Notes under the pieces: model-generated
What the model was told of the DNA's origin: nothing
What the model saw: the letters and a program-made list of their open reading frames with translations, nothing else
Database searches by the model: none
Source of the DNA: the human T2T-CHM13v2.0 reference genome, Homo sapiens
Length of the DNA stretch: 64,000 nucleotides
Strand: one strand, 5' to 3'
Assembly: GCF_009914755.1 (NCBI RefSeq)
Contig: NC_060943.1
Translations under genes and position numbers: made by a program
In this document: piece after piece, positions 1 through 64,000 of the stretch
Layout: each line of letters opens with the position of its first letter
Numbering within the stretch: the stretch's first letter is position 1

Positions 1-372
<372 letters not shown>

Positions 373-425
373 ACGAGGATAATTTTTGAGTAAGGGGATG
401 TATCAGGGACCAGGCAGCCTTGTGA

Positions 426-24202
<23,777 letters not shown>

Positions 24203-24209
24203 TGAGTAG

Positions 24210-25584
<1,375 letters not shown>

Positions 25585-25664
25585 ACAGCCAAAGTTCAGA
25601 TTTGATGGAAATGGCAAGATTCCAGGGTACTTGTGTTTATTTAGACACATAAATATGTATTTAA

Positions 25665-25978
<314 letters not shown>

Positions 25979-26117
25979 TAATTTTTGTTTTTTGTTTTTT
26001 TTTTTGGAACAGAGTCTTCTTCTGTCACCCAGGCTGTAGTGCAGTGGCACAATCTTGGCTCACTGCAACCTCCACCTCCTGGTTCAAACGATTCTCGTGC
26101 CTCAGCCTCCCGGGTAG

Positions 26118-26414
<297 letters not shown>

Positions 26415-26982
26415 TGAGTAGCTGGGACTACAGGCACCCGCCACCACGCCCGGCTAATTTTTTGTATTTTTAGTAGACAGGGTTTCACCATGTTGGCCAG
26501 GATGGTCTCAATCTCTTGACCTCGTGATCCACACGCCTCGGCCTCCCAAAGTGCTGGGATTACAGGCATGAGCCACCGCACCCAGCCCTAATTTTTTTAT
26601 TTTTAGTAGAGACGGGGTTTCACCACGTTGGCCAGGCTGCTCCTGAATTCCTGACCTCAAGTGACCCACCCACCTTGGCCTCCCAAAAGTTCTGGGATTA
26701 CAGAAGTGAGCCACTGTGCCTGGCTCAGTACCCAGACTTTTTTTTTTTTTTTTTGTATTTTTAGTAGAGACGGGGTTTCACCCTGTTAGCCAGGATGGTC
26801 TCGATCGCCTGGCCTCGTGACCCGCCCGCCTCAGCCTCCCAAAGTGCTGCGATTACAGACGCGGGCCACCTCGCCCAGCCCAGTACCCAGAATTTTGACC
26901 ATCAAGTGGCACACTGAGCTAGGGGGACCCAACAAGACCCCTCACCCCTAAGGAAAGCCACCAGATGGGGGCAACTGCCCAC

Positions 26983-26988
26983 TTTATT
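26983..26988 (-). terminator. FARSA: FARSA poly(A) signal
   Basis: TTTATT on plus (AATAAA on minus) about 250 nt past the stop. Confidence 0.85.
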
Positions 26989-27234
26989 AGACAATAGGTG
27001 GCCCACAGGTCTCCTCAGGGCCCACCCTCACAGTAGACACACCACACAGGACAACAGAAGGAACCTGCTACCCAGTCCTCTGTCCCTGGGATTCTGGTCC
27101 TGGGACAGGTGGGAAAGAGGAAGGTGGGGGCTGGCCTCACAGAGGCCTCATAAATACAAGGTCACTGGCCAGGGATGCAAAGGAGCGCAGCAGCAGGGAC
27201 TCGGGGAGGATGACCTGTCCTAGAGTGGCCCATG

Positions 27235-38184
<10,950 letters not shown>

Positions 38185-38420
38185 GACTCCTTCCAGTGTG
38201 CTCAGCGTGTCCGGGCCAGGGTGGGCGGGGGGAGCTGAGCCACCGGAACCGGAACCGGAGTGTGTACCGCCATCTTGAATGTGTCTAACTGTAGAACAGG
38301 GCTCAATGTGTCGTCATCTTGAGTGTGGCGACGGAGCCGCAAAAGGTGCATGGGACTCAGTTCCCACCTCCACCCTGGCTCCATCAATGGCGTCTGGTTG
38401 ACCAGAGGGGTAAAATTGAT
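38185..38420 (-). promoter_or_regulatory. FARSA: FARSA CpG-island promoter / 5'UTR
   Basis: GC box at about 38223-38230, tandem CCGGAA-CCGGAA-CCGGAG 38243-38260, YY1-type CAAGATGGCGG on minus 38267-38277. Confidence 0.75.
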
Positions 38421-38965
38421 TATCTCAAGGTCAGAAGCACCGCCCTGTTTTGAGTTTTATCTAGCCTCACTTCGAGCGGGCTGTGTGACCTTGGACTTCC
38501 CCGTCTCTGGGTTACAGAACCCTCTGCCCTTCTGGTATTCTCTCTTGCCCTAGGAGAGGCGGTGGGTGGTGGGCTCCAGAGATGGTCATTTTGGCGATGT
38601 CAGCTACTTTTAAAATTTCAAAGGAAGGCTGGGTAGGTACCGTCCCTTTTTATAGAGGGAAAAGGAATTCACCTAGTAAGTCAAGGTGGCACCTAACCTG
38701 TGTGGACTACCTCGTATGTGGTAGTACTTAGCCCAGAACTGAGTACTTCACGTGTAGTATTTCATTTATCCCCAAAACTTTATGATGTAGATACTGATAT
38801 AACCGCATTACACATGTGAGAAAACTGAGGCTCAGAGGGTGGTATGACTTGCCCAAGGTTCTACAGAGAGTTGGTGGAAATGAAGTCATAAATTATAAAC
38901 CTTCCAGATCCTCCCACCCCTGTGCGCTGAGAGTAACGTCAGTGCAAATACTGCATGGCCTAGAT

Positions 38966-41755
<2,790 letters not shown>

Positions 41756-42699
41756 AACCAGAGACCCTTGCCAAGTCATTCCCCCCACTCCACTTTATTT
41801 TCCTTTTCATTTTTTCCTTCCTCTCTTTTCTGAGTCACAACCATTAGCCAGGAAGCACCCCCTCCCCACCCTCTTTCCTGGATCCCCCTCATTCCCTCCT
41901 TCCATAGTCCACTCCCGCGCTCCCAGGTCCAGGGCTTATTTGCCCAGAGTTTGGAAAACCCCCAGCTCTCCTTCCTCCTTTCTACAGCGTGGGGGCAGGG
42001 TACTGGTGCCAGTCACGTGCCTCTGGCTTCTGAAGAAGACTCTAGACTGGGGTCGGGGGGTGGGTCCTGCCCATCTCCCTAGCATCTTATCGTCCCTACC
42101 ATCTGTGTCTTTTTTCCCTCCCCAAACGGAACCCCCTGCCCTCTCGCCTGCCTATAGCCGTTTAATTGCAAAAGCCAGGCCGTTTGTGGGAGACCACAGA
42201 CAGCGACCCCCTTCATTTACCGGTTGAGAGGAGGGTAAAGGGGCGGCTGCAATCTGGGTAATAACCCTATCCCCACTCCAGGAGTCACAGTCACATCGTT
42301 AAGCCTTCCTCCCCTCTTGTCCCAGGACAGCTTTAAAAACGTTAAAAGCATTTCTGCTGGGTAGCATCTGGCCAGGGTCGCCCCCTCTGTCTGCTCAGGA
42401 ACGTCTGTCACTTCAGAGAGCTTAAGTGACTTGCCCCGGTCACACAGCAGCAGTCCGATAGGCTGCCAGGGCTCTAGGGGCAGAAGGAGGAGAGGGCTGG
42501 CATTCTTCCCACCGGCCCGCGTGACTGTAGCACCGGGGTGCAGCGAAGCCCCAAGGGCCCCAATCCGTGAGCTCTCTCCCATCCCAGGCAGGGGTGGGGG
42601 AGCAGCAGTGGGGTGCTGGTTCTCAAATGCAAGATAAGAGCTGGCTAAGAAAGCCTTGCCCAGCCCCTCCACCTAGAGGGAATGGGAGGGAGAGAAGCT

Positions 42700-43100
42700 G
42701 AGGGCAGGGTCCCGGTCCCGCGTGGAGACAGCTGCGCTCCCGCGGTTTCTTTAAACGCCCAGATGGGCAACGACGCGCGCGGACGAGGGCGGGGTTGGGT
42801 TCAGGTCTGGTCACATGACCTGGCCTGAGGTGCTCGCGGCCCCCACCCCACCAGTGGGCGTCCCCCCCACGCGTGGTCGACCATCATTGGTCGGTGGTGA
42901 GGCCAATAGAAATCGGCCATCTGGGAACCCAGCGTTCCGAGGCGCAGCCTAACATAGTGAACCGACGAAGGTCCAATGGAAAAAGACGGCCATGGGCATA
43001 GACCAATGACAAAGTGGCAGGGGCGGGCCCAAGGGCTGGGTCAGGTTGGTTTGAGAGGCGGGTGGGTATAAAAGTGCAAGGCGGGCGGCGGCGTCCGTCC
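42700..43100 (+). promoter_or_regulatory. CALR: CALR promoter with ERSE, CCAAT boxes, GC boxes and TATA box
   Basis: Perfect ERSE CCAAT-N9-CCACG on minus at 42872-42890; CCAAT at 42903, 42973, 43003; TATAAAA 43067-43073; GGTCACATGACC 42809-42820. Confidence 0.9.
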
Positions 43101-43167
43101 GTACTGCAGAGCCGCTGCCGGAGGGTCGTTTTAAAGGGCCCGCGCGTTGCCGCCCCCTCGGCCCGCC

Positions 43168-48399
<5,232 letters not shown>

Positions 48400-48952
48400 A
48401 GAGGCCTGCCTCCAGGGCTGGACTGAGGCCTGAGCGCTCCTGCCGCAGAGCTTGCCGCGCCAAATAATGTCTCTGTGAGACTCGAGAACTTTCATTTTTT
48501 TCCAGGCTGGTTCGGATTTGGGGTGGATTTTGGTTTTGTTCCCCTCCTCCACTCTCCCCCACCCCCTCCCCGCCCTTTTTTTTTTTTTTTTTAAACTGGT
48601 ATTTTATCTTTGATTCTCCTTCAGCCCTCACCCCTGGTTCTCATCTTTCTTGATCAACATCTTTTCTTGCCTCTGTCCCCTTCTCTCATCTCTTAGCTCC
48701 CCTCCAACCTGGGGGGCAGTGGTGTGGAGAAGCCACAGGCCTGAGATTTCATCTGCTCTCCTTCCTGGAGCCCAGAGGAGGGCAGCAGAAGGGGGTGGTG
48801 TCTCCAACCCCCCAGCACTGAGGAAGAACGGGGCTCTTCTCATTTCACCCCTCCCTTTCTCCCCTGCCCCCAGGACTGGGCCACTTCTGGGTGGGGCAGT
48901 GGGTCCCAGATTGGCTCACACTGAGAATGTAAGAACTACAAACAAAATTTCT

Positions 48953-48963
48953 ATTAAATTAAA
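48953..48963 (+). terminator. CALR: CALR poly(A) signal (overlapping tandem ATTAAA)
   Basis: ATTAAATTAAA about 550 nt after the stop, followed by TGTGTCTCC-type GU-rich elements. Confidence 0.8.
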
Positions 48964-49782
48964 TTTTGTGTCTCCCTCCTGTGTCTCCTTCTGGGGAAAG
49001 ACAGACTTAAGGAAACCCAGCAGTGGTCTTTTTGGGGGGGGGGGGGGTTTCCAGTATATCTCCTTTTTCAGCTATTGCTAGAGAGGTTGCTGAGTGTTCC
49101 ACAAGATTCCAGGGACCCTTATTTACCCCATAACCCTCAAAACCAACGGGGGAATGGCTGTTGCTGCTGTAAATACTCCACATACTAACTTACTGAATCC
49201 TTGAACCTAACTGGTAAGTTTTGGTTCTGCTTATTTATTTATTTTTAAGATAGACTCTCGCTCTGTTGTCCAGGCTGGCGTACAGTGGCTCAATCTGGTT
49301 CACCCTGCCCCTTAAACTGGCCTTTTTCATGCTTCTATTCCTTTGGGGTCCTGTGGCTCAGCCCAACCCCTCTGGGATGCCTCCAGGACTGGTAGATCCA
49401 AGGGAGAATTCTGTATTTAATGTAGTGAGGCTTTGAAAGTTAACATCTTTAAATACTTCTGGGGTCAGATTAGGTATAGTACAACAAAGTACTCCTGCCC
49501 GGAGACCCAAGAATGAAAATTGTAGGTTCATTCCAAAACTCCAGATCCCTAAAGAATGAATGAGGCTACAAAATGGCACCTTGCCCCCGCTTCCAACTTA
49601 AGGTTTTTTTTCTGTGCTTGGTGGCCTTTCAGGTATTTCTAGTTTTGAGTAACTTTCACTTTGACTGCTCTACAAGGGTTCCTGCCAGGATACCCAGACC
49701 AGAATAAAACTCATTTGGGGGCCGGGTACGGTGGTTCACGCCTGTAATCCCAGCACTTTGGGAGGCCGAGGCGGGTGGATCA

Positions 49783-57532
<7,750 letters not shown>

Positions 57533-58106
57533 TGCCAGGAAGCCAGGCCACCGAAGCCCCCACCCTACCCTTATTCCATGAAAGTTTTATAAAAGAAAAA
57601 ATATATATATATTCATGTTTATTTAAGAAATGGAAAAAAAAATCAAAAATCTTAAAAAAACAAGCAAACAGTCCAGCTTCCTGTCCTCCTAAAGTGGCCC
57701 CTGTTCCCATCTCCCGGGCCAGACAGCTGTCCCCCCGTCCTCCTCCCCAGCCCAGCCTGCTCAGAGAAGCTGGCAGGACTGGGAGGCGACAGATGGGCCC
57801 CTCTTGGCCTCTGTCCCAGCTCTCTGCAGCCAGACGGAAAGGCGGCTGCTTGCCTCTCCATCCTCCGAAAAACCCCTGAGGACCCCCCCCCATCCTCTTC
57901 TAGGATGAGGGGAAGCTGGAGCCCCAACTTTGATCCTCCATTGGAGTGGCCCAAATCTTTCCATCTAGGGCAAGTCCTGAAAGGCCCAAGGCCCCCTCCC
58001 CAGTCTGGCCTTGGCCTCCAGCCTGGAGAAGGGCTAACATCAGCTCATTGTCAAGGCCACCCCCACCCCAGAACAGAACCGTGTCTCTGATAAAGGTTTT
58101 GAAGTG

Positions 58107-58112
58107 AATAAA
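58107..58112 (+). terminator. RAD23A: RAD23A poly(A) signal
   Basis: AATAAA about 575 nt after the stop, with GT-rich sequence downstream. Confidence 0.8.
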
Positions 58113-58668
58113 GTTTTAAAAACTAGCCCTATGGTCTGTGCCTGCTGGGGCTCCCCGCGCCCACCTGTCTGGGTCTTGGGGGGCTGGCTGGGCACAGGCA
58201 GGCATGGTGACGGGTGCCTGGAAGGGGGAGAGGAGTCTGTGAGTCCCTGCAGATTGAGGCTTCCGGTGTCTCCTCCCCCAGTGTGTCATTTCCAGGCAGT
58301 GGACCCCAGCCCAACGTTACAAGGACTGCTTCTCCCCGGCCCCCACCATCATCACCACAGTCTGTTTTGGCTATACTTCCCCCCCCACCAGCCTTGTAAT
58401 TGGCTAATTACTGGAGATGAATGTTGGTAAACAGAAGCCTTCTTCTCTTCTGCCATCTGCTTCTCCATTATTTGCCCATTGTACACCCCCCTTTTCCTCC
58501 CACTGAAGCCCCAGTTAGTCAGCAGGGCCTAGAGTCCCTGTCCCCTTTTGAGTACAGCCAAGTGGGGGATTCCCCAGCTCTTAAGTATTGGGGGAGGAAC
58601 CAGGGGACCCAGAGAGGCACACCTTGAGAGGACGCAGATCTCTTCAGGGGTACTGCCAGGTAGCAGGC

Positions 58669-58674
58669 TTTATT
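58669..58674 (-). terminator. GADD45GIP1: GADD45GIP1 poly(A) signal
   Basis: AATAAA on minus strand, 16 nt after the stop codon. Confidence 0.8.
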
Positions 58675-58690
58675 GGGAAGGGACAAAGCC

Positions 58691-61717
<3,027 letters not shown>

Positions 61718-61913
61718 TCACAGGCCCGCCGGGCTGTCCATGCCCGGTGCCTGAGCGCGAGGCCCGGTGTGGGCCAGGGCAGGGCGAGGGGTGTCCCTGC
61801 TGCCTCAGTTCGGGGGAGGGCGGCGAAGGGGATAGTATGGGTTTTATACGTTTCCAAGTATAACTTTAAATTTTAGTTAAGCAGTTACTGATTAAAGTCA
61901 TTTTTAATTTTCA

Positions 61914-62407
<494 letters not shown>

Positions 62408-62622
62408 TCACCTGGCTACAAATATATATTTGTGTATTTTTTTCTAAGTGTTCAGTGTTCTTTGGGTAAAAATTGTATTTTTGTTTTTTGCATATCAGAA
62501 ACCATACTGTTTTATTCATCCATGTGTCTTCTGTGCACACAGTAGCCCTCCAATGAATAATCTGAAATCATGTTGAATGAACACATTGAAAAATCAAAAA
62601 TAAGAGGCTGTGGCAGGGCCAC

Positions 62623-62760
62623 TGATATGGTTTGGCTCTGTGTCCCCAACCAAATCTCATCCTGAATTATAATCCCCATGTGTCCAGGGAGGGACCTGTA
62701 ATCCCCACATGTCGGGGAAGGGAGGTGGTTGGATCACGGGGGTGGTTTCCCCCATGCTAT
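62623..62760 (+). mobile_element. THE1/MST (ERVL-MaLR) LTR 5' fragment
   Basis: tgatatggtttggctctgtgtcccc...caaatctcatcctgaatt...ggatcacgggggtggtttcccccatgct. Confidence 0.85.
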
Positions 62761-62790
62761 TCTTTTTTTTTTTTTTTTGCCTTCAAAAAG

Positions 62791-63151
62791 TTTATTTTAT
62801 TTTATTTTATTATTATTATACTTTAAGTTTTAGGGTACTTGTGCACAACGTGCAGGTTTGTTACATATGTATACATGTGCCATGTTGGTGTGCTGCACCC
62901 ATTAACTCGTCATTTAGCATTAGGTATATCTCCTAATGCTATCCCTCCCCCCTCCCCCCACCCCACAACAGTCCCCGGTGTGTGATGTTCCCTTTCCTGT
63001 GTCCATGTGGTCTCATTGTTCACTTCCCACCTATGAGTGAGAACATGCGGTGTTTGGTTTTTTGTCCTTGAGATAGTTTGCTGAGAATGATGGTTTCCAG
63101 TTTCATCCATGTCCCTACAAAGGACACGAACTCATCATTTTTTATGGCTGC
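62791..63151 (-). mobile_element. Young L1PA (approx. PA3-PA5) 5'-truncated 3' end
   Basis: ttattatactttaagttttagggtac...tagcattaggtatatctcctaatgctatccctccccc...gaactcatcattttttatggctgc. Confidence 0.92.
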
Positions 63152-63267
63152 GTAAAAATTATATTTTTAACTTTACTTTTATACATTTAAACTAGCATTT
63201 ATTAGGCTGGGCTTGGTGGCTCACGCCTGTAATCCCAGTACTTTGGGAGGCTGAAGCGGGCGGATCA

Positions 63268-64000
<733 letters not shown>

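Noticed and set aside
43147-43167. In-frame TTG upstream extension of CALR (MPPPRPA-M...)
   Set aside because: Near-cognate codon in weak context; the ATG at 43168 precedes a complete signal peptide.

Overview
This is human (or near-identical great-ape) genomic DNA, GC-rich and very Alu-dense. I recognise it as the 19p13 cluster GCDH(3' half, +) / SYCE2(-) / MIR5695 / FARSA(-) / CALR(+, with intronic MIR6515) / RAD23A(+) / GADD45GIP1(-). I traced every exon by hand through GT-AG junctions. The spliced CDS lengths close exactly: SYCE2 218 aa, FARSA 508 aa, CALR 417 aa, RAD23A 363 aa, GADD45GIP1 222 aa. Most ORFs in the supplied track are Alu-derived or antisense artefacts. I found no convincing wholly new gene system. 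The best candidates for a second look are RNA-level features: (1) the interdigitated GCDH/SYCE2 3' ends, with several possible GCDH C-termini spliced right after catalytic Glu414, including a possible distal in-frame terminal exon inside SYCE2 intron 2; (2) a recurring AAGATGGCGG (YY1/TISU) motif that is the true start of GADD45GIP1 but makes upstream ORFs in RAD23A and FARSA; (3) bidirectional poly(A) signals; (4) an LTR-born miRNA hairpin; (5) inverted Alus flanking FARSA exons 5-7. Repeat family names come from recalled consensus sequences and repeat boundaries are approximate.
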